Below are positions 37,728 through 47,952 of a stretch of DNA of 64,000 nucleotides, one piece after another (position 1 is the first letter of the stretch; the number at the start of each line of letters is the position of its first letter). This stretch comes from an uncultured Phycisphaerales bacterium (lineage in GTDB: Bacteria > Planctomycetota > Phycisphaerae > Sedimentisphaerales > Anaerobacaceae): the NCBI GenBank assembly GCA_963772725.1, contig CAVYYI010000003.1:160001-224000 (forward strand). Direction: 5' to 3'. The notes under the pieces are model-generated. The model was given only the letters and a program-made list of their open reading frames with translations. It did no database searches and was not told the origin of the DNA. The position numbers and the translations under genes were made by a program.

Positions 37728-39233
37728 AACTTATATATCGGAATTGAAAAATAAGGTCGCAAGTGAAGTTACGCTTGACGGGTGGCTGTATCAGGGACGT
37801 TCCAGCGGCAAGGTGCTGTTTCTCATCATTCGCGACGGCACAGGGCTTTGCCAGTGCATCGTCGAAAAGGGCAAAGTGCCGGACGACTCTTCGACCAGCT
37901 TGAACAGGCTCGGCCAGGAATCCTCGCTTGACCGTAACCGGCACCGTCCGGGCCGAGCCGCGAAGCGTCGGCGGTTACGAACTGGCCGTAACCGCCGCTA
38001 AGATTATCTCGCCCGGCGGTCGATTACCCCATCACGCCAAAAGCGCACGGCATCGACTTTCTGATGAAAAACCGCCACCTGCATCTGCGCTCGCAGCGGC
38101 AGTGGTGCATCGGCAGAATCCGCCACACCGTTATCGACGCCATCCGCCGCTTTTTCAACGACAACGGCTTTATCCTCGTCGATACGCCGATACTTCACGA
38201 CCATCGCCGGCGAAGGCGAGCAGACGCTTTTCGAGGTGGATTATTTCGGCAGACCGCTGCACCTGACCCAGACCGGCCAGCTTTATCTCGAATCGGCGGC
38301 GATGAGCTTCGGCAAGGTCTATTGCTTCGGCCCGACTTTCCGCGCCGAAAAAAGCAAGACCCGCCGCCATCTGACCGAATTCTGGATGGTCGAGCCGGAA
38401 GTCGCCTATATCGAACTGGACGGCCTGCTTGGAACTGGCGGAAAATTTCGTTTCCTCTATTGTCGGCCGTGTCTTGAAAGACAACCGCACCGAACTTGAA
38501 ACTCTCGGCGCCGACATCGCCGCTCTTGAAAAAATCAAGCCGCCCTTCTATCGTCTGACCTACACGCAGGCGGTCGAAATCCTCACCGGCGACCGAGACG
38601 CAAAAACTTCCTGGCAAAGCAGCTTGGCGAATTGCAAAATCAGAAAGCAGCAGATGGAACCAAGAATCGCCGACCTCGAAAAGCAGCAGAGCGATCCAGA
38701 CCAAGCAGTGGCAGAAAGACAAAATCGCCGCCGAACTGATCGAACTTCGCTGCGACATCGTCGAGTTCGATACGAAAATCGAAAACAATCCCAAACACGC
38801 CCAACTGGCCGCGGAATTTCAATGGGGCAAGGATCTGGGCGGCTCGGATGAGACGATTATTTCGCTGATGCACGACAAGCCCGTCTTTGTAACGCACTAT
38901 CCCAAAGAGGCCAAGGCCTTCTATATGAAGACCGACCGCGCCAACGACAAAGTCGTTCGAGAATTTCGATTTGCCTCGCCCCAGCCGGCTTCGGCGAAAT
39001 CATCGGCGGCTCGGTCCGCGAGGACGATTACGACATGCTCATCAAGCGAATCAACGAACGAGGCCTAAAACCCTGAAAATTACGACTGGTATCTCGACCT
39101 GCGAAAATACGGCTCCGTCCCGCACGGCGGCTTCGGCCTCGGCGTCGAACGAACCGTCGCATGGCTCACCGGCGAAAAACACATCCGCCAGTGCATCGCC
39201 TTCCCGCGAATGATGGACAAAGTTTATATCTAA
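37711..39233 (+). CDS. asnS: asparagine--tRNA ligase (multiple frameshifts; internal helical insertion)
   Basis: [76 protein letters not shown] and [22 protein letters not shown]. Confidence 0.93.
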
Positions 39234-40398
39234 CCAAGCGGTTAATTTTATTATAGAAAACTATCGCAACGGTTTGCCGGTTGCCTTGTTAACGAGCAGC
39301 CTTAAATCGCGACTCCTTACTGACTGGTTTGCCGGCAAGGACGTCACCTTCAGTGAAAACCGTCATAAGTATCTCTTTGTCTGACGAGCGGTTGTGGTCA
39401 TAAATAACGTAAATCTTGCCATTGGCGGCCTACACACCATCAGGATAGGAAACGCCGGAGCAGCTCATCGAGCATAAGGCCACCAGACCATGTTTTACCA
39501 TCGTTATCAGAGATAAATGCCATAAGGCGTGAACGTCCTGCACGCTCTTTTATATCACCGTGCTTGACTAACAGCATTTTACCGGAATTCAGTCTGCGGA
39601 TGAAAAACCTTGTAGTCGCATGCTGAATACCGGACGGTGACAATGCCGACCATGTTTTACCATTGTCATCTGATACACTTTCACCAATTCCATAACGCGT
39701 GCGTACCAGCATCCATAAATCACCGTTCTTGCGTTCTATAACCTGATGCTCATCAGCGTTCTTGACCTCTTTAGGGACATTTACCTGTCCCCGCAGAGTC
39801 CATGTCCGGCCTTTATCCGTGGAAACAAAAACTTCGGCGCTATTCTCATCTTTGCTGCCCCATCTGGCCCAGTTGGTTACAGGGAACATCCACTCACCTG
39901 TTGAAAGAACTACGGGCTTGTTTAACATCACGCCATGGGCATAACGATGAGGTTTGGACCATTCAGGATTCTCTGCATCCGGATTTTCTGTGATGATAGC
40001 CCAGACACCCGCATCTGTGCCATAACCAGGGACAGCCGACTGCGCCAGAAAAGCCACATTCGACTCTGCGGGTCGACCCATAGTGTCGGGTCAAAAATGC
40101 GAATATTGCCTGGTATATCGATAACCAGTTTTAGTTTGGACCAACTCTTGCCATCATCACCACTGGTTGCAAGCATCACATAATTCTCAGAATCTTCGCG
40201 TCTTCCGCCGCCGTACCACACAGCCCACAATCTGCCCCCAGGTGCCTGCTCAATGCCGGGAATACCCTGGAACATCCTTAAATTATCAGCATATTCAGGT
40301 CCGGGAGCCATATTGATGTAGGGTGGCTGCAAAGCCGAACTTTCCGCAGAAACCTCTCCAGCCAAAGTAATTGTACTAAAAAATAGTATTAACACTAA

Positions 40399-41307
40399 GA
40401 GCCTATCCGAATAATCCGGCACAGCGAAACGTAATTACGGCACAGACAAAATGAAGCAGGGCCAAATAATTTTCAGGTTTCTTTTCCCACCGCGTCAATA
40501 CGCGGCGAAAGCGGTTCATCCAGCTATGAGTCCGCTCTACCACCCAGCGTCGAGCCTTAAATCCGGTCTTATGTTTAATCGCCTGTGCTTCTTCGCCGCG
40601 CGAACGAATATGAGCGGTATAGCCAAATTCTTTCACCAGGCCTCGCACCTCGCCGGAATCATAACCCTTATCAAGACACATACCTTGCTTTTTCCTTTTA
40701 GTAGGCCTTGGCCGTTTGACCGGAATACTTTTTATGGTAGCCTTTGTCATTTTGCAATCATGCCGATTAGCGCCATCAATCGCAAGGCCAACCGGCACTC
40801 CAGAGCCTTCGGTAAGCAAACTGCGTTTAACACCTTTTTTAGCTCTGTCCGTAGGGTTTGGACCGGTTTTTTCCCCCGCCAAGCGGGGCCTTTGTCATGG
40901 CGCCATCCATTGATTGCCACGACCAGTCAATACCCTTCAGTTCGTCATAATCTTTCAGAGTTGTCTTCCATAGTTTCAGAAAAACTCCGGCTTTTGTCCA
41001 TTCCTGGAATCGTGAATGGGCTGTGCTGCTTGAGCAGATGCCGGTTTCATTCAAGGCGTTCCATTGACAGCCGGTTCGTAACACAAAAAGAATCCCGTCC
41101 ATTGCCTTGCGATCCGGCACTCTTGGTCTGCCACCGCCAAAACGATGGGTATTCGTATGTTTCGGTATCAATGGCTCGATCTTTTCCCATAACGCCTCTG
41201 AAATCCTGTATCTACTTTTTGTTTTCTGCTTTTCCGTTTCTGAATCCTTTCAAAGGCACCTTTGCCTTTGTTTATATCGGCTATTTAAGGGTTATTAGGA
41301 TAGGCTC
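40399..41307 (-). mobile_element. complete IS5-family insertion sequence (909 bp)
   Basis: TIRs GAGCCTATCCGAATAATCC and GAGCCTATCCTAATAACCC (17/19 match); TAA target duplication at 40396-40398 and 41308-41310. Confidence 0.93.
40403..41259 (-). CDS. IS5-family DDE transposase, two ORFs joined by a probable -1 frameshift (start approximate)
   Basis: orfA: GRPRVPDRKAMDGILFVLRTGCQW..MDGAMTKAPLGG; orfB: EKTGPNPTDRAK..LDKGYD..RWVVERTHSW; GGGGGAAAAAA run at the junction (about 40867-40877). Confidence 0.9.
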
Positions 41308-41341
41308 TAAGATTATTACATTGAGCTTCATTAGTTCTCCT

Positions 41342-42244
41342 TCAAAGTTTATTTGCGGTTAATATTTTCTTCAAAAGCCTGTCGCAATGATTCGCAAGTT
41401 CGACATAACCTTTGGGCGGAATTTGTTCAGGCCGATGAGTTGGGGCAATTGAGGCACTATTAAAAATCTCATCCCAGTTTTTAATATTAGCAAGGCTGCC
41501 CGCCGCGAATTTCGTGCAGGCCTTTAGCATCTTGCGTCTGTGCTGCATAAACAGATTCACAATTTCGCTCAAAAGTTCGATGCTTCTAATTTTATCGGCT
41601 TTTCCTCTATTGCGAACGAAACTGACCATCGCTGACTCAACCTGAGGCTGAGGCCAGAAAACTGTCGGCTTAAGCACCCTTATCATTTCCAAATCGCCTG
41701 TCGCCGCAAGCAAAATACTCAATGTGCCGTACAGCCCATCGCCCGGCTGAGCGGTCATACGATAGGCCACTTCCCTCTGCACGGTAACAAACATCCTGTC
41801 AACAATCGCATGTCCGGTAACAAGATTTGCCATCAGCGGGCTGGCGATATTATACGGGAGATTCGCCACAAGCATAAACCGGCCGTTATACTCTTTGCGG
41901 GCAGCGGCGATTTTATCCAGTATTACACCACTGATAGTGTGCTTATTTTCAAGAATATCAGTATTAATAATCTCAACATTTTTTTTATCCGTTAATTGCC
42001 TCTTCGCGATTTCCGCCAGGGCCGTATCCAGTTCCGCCACAACACAAAAACCCGCCTTTTCAGCGATAGCCTGCGTCAGCGACCCCGTCCCGCAACCCAC
42101 CTCAAGGACGACATCGTTATTTTTTATATCAGCGGCATCTATCAAAAACCGCATAAGATTCAGGTCGATGAGAAAATTCTGCCCCAGCCGTTTTTTAGGC
42201 TCAATACCCGCCAGTAATGTTTGTATTTCCGTCTTGGTTTGCAT
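41342..42244 (-). CDS. rsmA: 16S rRNA dimethyladenosine transferase
   Basis: KKRLGQNFLID, VLEVGCGTGSLT, VANLPYNI and FMQHRRKML. Confidence 0.95.
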   Translation of the reverse strand: MQTKTEIQTLLAGIEPKKRLGQNFLIDLNLMRFLIDAADIKNNDVVLEVGCGTGSLTQAIAEKAGFCVVAELDTALAEIAKRQLTDKKNVEIINTDILENKHTISGVILDKIAAARKEYNGRFMLVANLPYNIASPLMANLVTGHAIVDRMFVTVQREVAYRMTAQPGDGLYGTLSILLAATGDLEMIRVLKPTVFWPQPQVESAMVSFVRNRGKADKIRSIELLSEIVNLFMQHRRKMLKACTKFAAGSLANIKNWDEIFNSASIAPTHRPEQIPPKGYVELANHCDRLLKKILTANKL

Positions 42245-42248
42245 AAAG

Positions 42249-43299
42249 TTATAACGTAACTGTCCTGGCGATATTTTTTTTGCTTTTAGCCATTTGTATC
42301 GCAAGTTTTATGGCGGACTTCATACTATCCGGACTGGCGAGATTTTTGCCGGCGATATCAAATGCTGTGCCGTGCGCGGGCGAAGTCCTGATTATCGGCA
42401 GACCGATTGTAACATTCACCGCACTATCGAAGGCCAGCAGCTTAACTGGAATCATCCCTTGGTCGTGATACATTGCCACCACGCCGTCAAACTCGCCCTG
42501 AGCGGCACGCAGAAAAAGTGTATCAGCAGGATAAGGCCCTTCGCAGTTTATGCCGACTCCCCTTGCCAGCGCAATCGCCGGCGATATTATTCGCAGTTCC
42601 TCATCGCCGAACTGCCCGCTTTCACCGGCGTGGGGATTAATGCCGGGCCACCGCTATTTTAGGATTTTCTATTCCGAAATATTCCTTCAGCGCATCGTTC
42701 ATAAGGTCTATTGGCTCAAAAACACACCCGATAGTGAACTTATGACGAACATCAAAAAGAGCAACGTGAATCGTCGCCAAAGCGACTTTAAGCGCACCCG
42801 CGACAAACATCATAACTTTGCGTTTTGACTTGCACCTATCCGCGAAAAGCTCCGTATGACCAGGCCATTTTTCGCCCGCAAGTTTCCAGCTTGTCTTGCT
42901 GATGGGGGCTGTTACTACGGCGTCTATGATCCCGTCCCGAGCCGCGTCGATGGCGTCAAGGCAGAACCTTAGTGATGCGTCGCCTGAAACCTTGTTTGGC
43001 TCCCGCAGGTGCGACGGAATGGAGTATTCATCGTAATCAGCCAGCACAACTTTATAAGGATAATCTCTGCTGATTTTCTCATGCTGATGCCTGCCCCAGA
43101 ACTGGTCTATCTCGGCCATATCGGCGGCGTAGCAAAGCGGCTCATTCATCCCAAAAATAATGAACTTCGCAGCCTTGCGTATCTCCGGGTCGTCCAGCGC
43201 TTTGACGACAACTTCCGGCCCGATGCCCGCAGGGTCGCCCATCGTTATCCCTATCACAGGCTGAACAGCTATCGAATTATCAAAAGCCAAATTACGCAT
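42249..43299 (-). CDS. pdxA: 4-hydroxythreonine-4-phosphate dehydrogenase (one frameshift near 42645)
   Basis: [32 protein letters not shown] and [14 protein letters not shown]. Confidence 0.94.
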
Positions 43300-43300
43300 T

Positions 43301-43942
43301 TCAAAAACCAAGTTCTTTCAATTTTTCAATCGTCAGTTTCCCTTTCGCCGGCGCGAGGTTTTCCAATTGTTTTTTTACCGTTTTTACAATTATGTCGGTC
43401 TCGATATTAACTACGTCTGCGATTTTGAGTTTGCTCAATGTGGTTTTTTCAAGCGTCGCTGGTATTATCGCCACGCTGAAAGAAGCGTTATCCATATCGG
43501 CTATCGTCAGGCTGATTCCGTCAACAGCGACTGAACCTTTCTTTACCATTTGTTCGAGCAGGTCAGCGGGTGCGGAAAATCTCATAACAGCAAACTCGCC
43601 CTGCTTCTCAACAGCCTTAACCGTTGCAGTACCATCAATATGGCCCAAAACAAAATGCCCGCCAAAACGGTCAGTGGGTTTCATCGCCCTTTCGACATTG
43701 ACCAGGTAGGAAGTTTTCAGCCTGCCAAGTGTCGATTTTCGCAGGGTTTCTCCGCTTACATCAAAAGTGGCGATATTGCCGTCGAGTCCGGAGACTGTAA
43801 GGCAGACGCCGTTGAGAGCGATGCTGTCGCCGATTTTGGTTTCATCAGCCAAGTTGTCCAAATCCACCAAAAAGCGCAGGCTTTCCCCCCTGCGATTAAC
43901 CGCTTTTATCGTGCAGACAGCCTCAATTAGTCCTGTAAACAT
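43301..43942 (-). CDS. ribE: riboflavin synthase (alpha chain)
   Basis: MFTGLIE N-terminus; GDSIALNGVCLTV and KGSVAVDGISLT repeats. Confidence 0.95.
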   Translation of the reverse strand: MFTGLIEAVCTIKAVNRRGESLRFLVDLDNLADETKIGDSIALNGVCLTVSGLDGNIATFDVSGETLRKSTLGRLKTSYLVNVERAMKPTDRFGGHFVLGHIDGTATVKAVEKQGEFAVMRFSAPADLLEQMVKKGSVAVDGISLTIADMDNASFSVAIIPATLEKTTLSKLKIADVVNIETDIIVKTVKKQLENLAPAKGKLTIEKLKELGF

Positions 43943-44047
43943 AAAAAAACCCTTATTTGCGATTGATTATTTATAATCAATTATTATAATAGATTTTAGC
44001 GTTCAGCCAGATTTTTTCAATTATAAAGCTGAAAGGGTAAAACGATT

Positions 44048-44565
44048 ATGAGTACCTTCTGGGGCAAAGTTGCACTGCTGGCCATATTGGCAGTGGGGAT
44101 ATTTTTCGCATATAATTATTTTTCGAGTCTTCCAGAGCCTCAGCCGCAAAAGACCTTTTATGACGCCGCAGAGCGCGACGATAAAAAGTTTGCTATTAAT
44201 CCGGACGCAACACCACCGCCCCAGCCCCAGCCTACCCCGCAACCCAACACAGCGTCGCCCGCGCCGCAGCGGTACAGCCTCCACCTGCTTCTCCCGCTCC
44301 GCAGCCAGTGAATTATAGACAACTTGAAGAGGAAGATGATATACAGGCTCAGAGGTTATATGCTTTCGCTCTTGAGGAAAGAAAAAGAGGCCGCCTGCCA
44401 GGAATGGGTTTCAAGAAAATGGTCGATACCTGCCGGGAGATAATCTCAAAATATCCGGGGACTATATATGAAGCCAAAGCCAGAGAGATGCTCGGTGATA
44501 TCCCCGAACGCTTCTATCAGATGTACAACATTAAACCCGAAGAGATTAACCCGCCCAAAAAATGA
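44048..44565 (+). CDS. hypothetical membrane-anchored protein with Pro/Gln linker (frameshift near 44290)
   Basis: N-terminal TM helix, PPPQPQPTPQP linker and a helical C-terminal domain in the adjacent ORF. Confidence 0.55.
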
Positions 44566-44597
44566 GGATTGTAAAATAATTCAAGGAGGAAATTTAA

Positions 44598-45479
44598 ATG
44601 TCTGCAAATGCGAACATTCCAGCAATCTCGATAAAGGCCGACTGTCTGCCCGAGGCCTGGGAAAAAGCGGTACTGGCTGTCTGGGACAATGGACTCGCAA
44701 TAAAAACCCAATATGATAAACCCGGCGACCCCCCAAGTAAAGATGCCACTGTTATGGTCGAGCTTGCCAATCCCTTTGCTGAGCCTCGCATCCATAAAAA
44801 TTTCCCGGGCGGGCCTGCCGAACTCGAGGCGTACCGTCAGGAGGTCGTCTCTGGTATCCACGACCACTGGATTGACCCTGCCGCGGGTAAATGGACTTAT
44901 ACATACCACGAAAGGCTTTTTTCATATTGCCCCGTGGAGGATATCCGCAATGCTCATTCACCTAAACCATTTAAGGCTGTCAACCAGATTCAGTACATAA
45001 TCGACAATCTCGCCGCAACCGCTCACTCCCGCCGCGCACAGGCCATAACGTGGATGCCAACCGCAGACCCGCAGACCGACGACCCGCCGTGCCTCCAGAG
45101 AATATGGTGCCGCCTCATTTCTGACGGCAAAGACGGCTGGGTCTTGAATATGAACACCCACTGGCGAAGCAGAGATTTATATAAGGCCTGGTTCATGAAT
45201 GTTTACGCCCTTACAGACTTGCAAAGAATTATCGCAGAGTCAATCGCGAAAAAAATCCGCCGTTCCGTAACTGTCGGCAGATATGTCGATATAAGCGATT
45301 CGCTCCACATCTACGGCAGCTACTTCAATGACGCGGCAAAAGAAGTTGAAAAAATGCGCGACGGCAATTTCCAGAACCGCGCATGGCAAACCTCGCATCC
45401 CGCCTTTGAGATGATGACCGCCGAAGCGAGAGAAAACCTCGCAAAAGACCCCGACTGGTACGCGAAAGCGAAAGGATAA
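44598..45479 (+). CDS. thyA: archaeal/methanogen-type thymidylate synthase-like protein
   Basis: EAWEKA, YTYHERL, SRRAQAITW, DDPPCLQ (catalytic Cys), WRSRD..AWFMN and DSLHIY; AGGAGG RBS. Confidence 0.8.
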   Translation: MSANANIPAISIKADCLPEAWEKAVLAVWDNGLAIKTQYDKPGDPPSKDATVMVELANPFAEPRIHKNFPGGPAELEAYRQEVVSGIHDHWIDPAAGKWTYTYHERLFSYCPVEDIRNAHSPKPFKAVNQIQYIIDNLAATAHSRRAQAITWMPTADPQTDDPPCLQRIWCRLISDGKDGWVLNMNTHWRSRDLYKAWFMNVYALTDLQRIIAESIAKKIRRSVTVGRYVDISDSLHIYGSYFNDAAKEVEKMRDGNFQNRAWQTSHPAFEMMTAEARENLAKDPDWYAKAKG

Positions 45480-45528
45480 AAATGAACATCAATAAGACAG
45501 TACAACCTTATATAGAAAAGACGCACAA

Positions 45529-46458
45529 ATGAGTTATGAAAGTAAAATGTTAGAGCAGTTTAATATGCCCGCAAGGCAAAAGGTTGAACAGGTCTTACTG
45601 CAATTGCTACTAAACCATGGAGGAACAATTAAGGAGTTTGGGCCAAAACAGGAAATAGTGGATGAAATAGCAAATGTTTTCAGCCTAAATGAACATCAAC
45701 GTTCCGCTTTCTTGCAGACAATATATCGCAAAGAGCATCGTATTAAGAAAGCTTTCCTTTGGCACAGGTTACTTTTCAGAGCAGCAGATTCTTTGGCTAA
45801 AGAGAAATTAGTTTCACGCCCAACAGAAACGTTTGAGTTAACGAACAAAAAAGAATGGATGTTAACGGAAAAAGGATTTGATGAATCCCTAAAACTTTCT
45901 AATATACCTACTGCAATAAAGACTTTTCTACCAACCAAGTCTTACGAAGTTCAAAAAATTGTAAAGAAACTATCTGAATCAACCAGACCGGAAAACTATA
46001 ATCCCTTTGATAAAGAAAAAAAAGCGGTCAAAGCAACCAGAAACTCTGCTATACGAATAAGAGCGTTTCGTCAAGCAATTATTGAAGTGTACTCTTATAA
46101 GTGTGCTGTTTGCAGAATGAAAATTAATTCACCCGATTGTTTATCGTGGGAGGTTGAAGCAGCTCATATTGTGCCTCACAGTTCTCAAGGGCGAGATGAT
46201 ATTTGGAATGGGTTAGCGTTGTGCCGACTACATCATTGGGCTTTCGATGTTGGCTGGTTTACCTTGCGAAATGATTACTCTATTGATGTTTCATCAAAAG
46301 CTAATTCTCTGCCCACCGATTTTGGAAGATTTGGAGATTATGAATTCATTCGAGCAATGTCAGGCAAACATATGAAACTATTTTTGCCTGGCAATAGTAA
46401 ATTATATCCACATCCTAATGCAATTCGATGGCACCGCCAGAATATTTTCCACCAATAA
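45529..46458 (+). CDS. putative restriction endonuclease: Mrr_N-like winged helix fused to HNH
   Basis: N-terminus LLQLLLNHGG..EIANVFSL..W.LTEKG; C-terminus FRQAI..CAVC..EAAHIVP..NGLALCRLHHWAFD..AIRWHR; AT-rich. Confidence 0.8.
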   Translation: MSYESKMLEQFNMPARQKVEQVLLQLLLNHGGTIKEFGPKQEIVDEIANVFSLNEHQRSAFLQTIYRKEHRIKKAFLWHRLLFRAADSLAKEKLVSRPTETFELTNKKEWMLTEKGFDESLKLSNIPTAIKTFLPTKSYEVQKIVKKLSESTRPENYNPFDKEKKAVKATRNSAIRIRAFRQAIIEVYSYKCAVCRMKINSPDCLSWEVEAAHIVPHSSQGRDDIWNGLALCRLHHWAFDVGWFTLRNDYSIDVSSKANSLPTDFGRFGDYEFIRAMSGKHMKLFLPGNSKLYPHPNAIRWHRQNIFHQ

Positions 46459-46488
46459 ATATTTGTCGATTTTATAAAGGGATAGTCA

Positions 46489-46677
46489 ATGGAAAACGGA
46501 AGGAAAAGTGAAATAATCTATTCGATAAATGTGGGCGATATTCAACAAGTTGCCAATCAGATTCTTGATCGTAAACTCACTGAAAAAGAACTTGTTTTAG
46601 TCGAAGAGTCAATAGGTGATTACATAGATTGGTTTCAAGCAATTGAGAACTCAATTTACAGATATGTTACGAAATGA
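46489..46677 (+). CDS. small acidic hypothetical protein (62 aa)
   Basis: AAGGGA RBS; amphipathic helical sequence; same AT-rich composition as the HNH gene. Confidence 0.6.
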   Translation: MENGRKSEIIYSINVGDIQQVANQILDRKLTEKELVLVEESIGDYIDWFQAIENSIYRYVTK

Positions 46678-46724
46678 GTAATCTAAATTTGATAACAAAA
46701 CGAAACTCATAGAAAGAGATAAAA

Positions 46725-47567
46725 ATGACTTTAATTGTAAATGACGAAAAAATTAACGATGACCTGATAAAACAGGAAGCAGACAGGCTAAGGCCTGAGT
46801 ATGAACAGGCTTTTGCCGATATGGATAAACAAGCCCGCGAAGAACAGCTTATGGACTGGTCACGCGAAAACATCATCGAGCAGACACTTCTCAAACAGCA
46901 GGCTAACGCCCAAATCCCCAACATACCATCTGAAGAAATCGATAAAGTTCTAGAACAGTCGCGGAAAAATCTCTCCGAGATGGATGATCAGACACGCAAG
47001 CGTCTCCGAACCGGTATCGAATCGCAAATGAAAGTTGAAAAACTCATCGAGCAGATTTCCGCTAAGGTAAAAGAGCCCAACGACGAACAAATCAAAGATT
47101 ACTATCATAATCACCGGGAACTTTTCAGGACTCAAGAGCAGGTGCGTGTGGCTCATATTGTAAAGCACATCAGCTGGCAGTGCGATGACCAGGCTGCACA
47201 TGAAGAAATTCTGCAAATTAAAAATCGACTCGATAAAGGTGAGCTTTTTGAAACTCTGGCCTCGAAGCATTCCGATTGTCCCGAAAGTGCAGGCGACCTC
47301 GGATATATAGCCAGGGGACAGATGGTCGAGGAATTCGAGGATACCGCCTTCAGGCTCGGCGTCAATCAGGTCAGCGAGATTATCCGAACCCGTTTCGGCT
47401 ACCATATCGTCAAATGCTACGACCGAAAACCCTCCGTCCTTCTCGGCCTCGACAATAAAGACGTCCGTGACGCCGTCAAAAGAAGCTTAACAGAACAGAT
47501 GCAGCAGGAGATAATCGAAGATTTTATTGACCAGCTTAAAGCCCAAGCCAAAATCGAACACCTCTAA
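46725..47567 (+). CDS. parvulin-type peptidyl-prolyl isomerase (SurA/PrsA-like)
   Basis: VRVAHIV, FETLASKHSDCP..GDLGYIARGQMVEEFE and IIRTRFGYHIVK. Confidence 0.9.
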   Translation: MTLIVNDEKINDDLIKQEADRLRPEYEQAFADMDKQAREEQLMDWSRENIIEQTLLKQQANAQIPNIPSEEIDKVLEQSRKNLSEMDDQTRKRLRTGIESQMKVEKLIEQISAKVKEPNDEQIKDYYHNHRELFRTQEQVRVAHIVKHISWQCDDQAAHEEILQIKNRLDKGELFETLASKHSDCPESAGDLGYIARGQMVEEFEDTAFRLGVNQVSEIIRTRFGYHIVKCYDRKPSVLLGLDNKDVRDAVKRSLTEQMQQEIIEDFIDQLKAQAKIEHL

Positions 47568-47689
47568 ATCGAATTAACCCGCACATTTCACCAGTAAGAA
47601 CGCAGTTTTGTATGGGGAATCCCGCCGATTCACTCTAAAAAATAATTTAACAATTTGGCATTAGCGAATTTATTTTTTATGTTTTCTAT

Positions 47690-47914
47690 GGCTGGGCAAA
47701 TAAAGAGGCCAATGCCATCGGGGTTTTTTGTGGCGGCCAATTAAAACTATTAGCCCATTTTTGAGAATCCTGCTTTGGGGGGGATAAAAAAGGAACCAGG
47801 GCAGGATCGCTTACAATGCCTTTGTTTATCAAAGGCTTTAAGGAAAGATTTGTGGGGGGATATTTAAATTTCTTTCCGTGTTTAGGCTTCCGCAATCCCG
47901 CGGAAGCCTTTTTT
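47690..47914 (+). ncRNA. candidate structured small RNA of about 225 nt
   Basis: Upstream TTGGCA-17-TATGTT; five consecutive stem-loops, with G-U pairs on the plus strand; ends in an intrinsic terminator. Confidence 0.5.
47884..47914 (+). terminator. intrinsic terminator
   Basis: AGGCTTCCGC-aatccc-GCGGAAGCCT followed by a T run. Confidence 0.8.
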
Positions 47915-47952
47915 ATTGTTCCGATTTTAATGCCATCCCTTTCGATAGATGA

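Larger units (their letters stand above)
39261..41331 (-). pseudogene. BNR/Asp-box sialidase-family protein interrupted by IS5 at codon 8
   Basis: Four Asp-boxes (SGDDGKSW, STDKGRTW, SDDNGKTW, SDNDGKTW) and FQGIPG. The start MKLNVIIL lies at 41331-41308, beyond the IS, and joins in frame to VLILFFSTITLA at 40395. Confidence 0.85.

Noticed and set aside
35566..40395. Sialic-acid utilisation locus formed by YhcH and the sialidase
   Set aside because: The genes are on opposite strands, separated by asnS, and no nanA/nanE/nanK or transporter is present.
43943..44047. FMN riboswitch upstream of riboflavin synthase
   Set aside because: Only about 100 nt of AT-rich divergent promoter DNA, with no RFN consensus.
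47686..47895. 69-aa minus-strand ORF in the PPIase-arnT gap
   Set aside because: TTG start inside a terminator stem, no RBS and no motifs; the region is better explained as plus-strand structured RNA.
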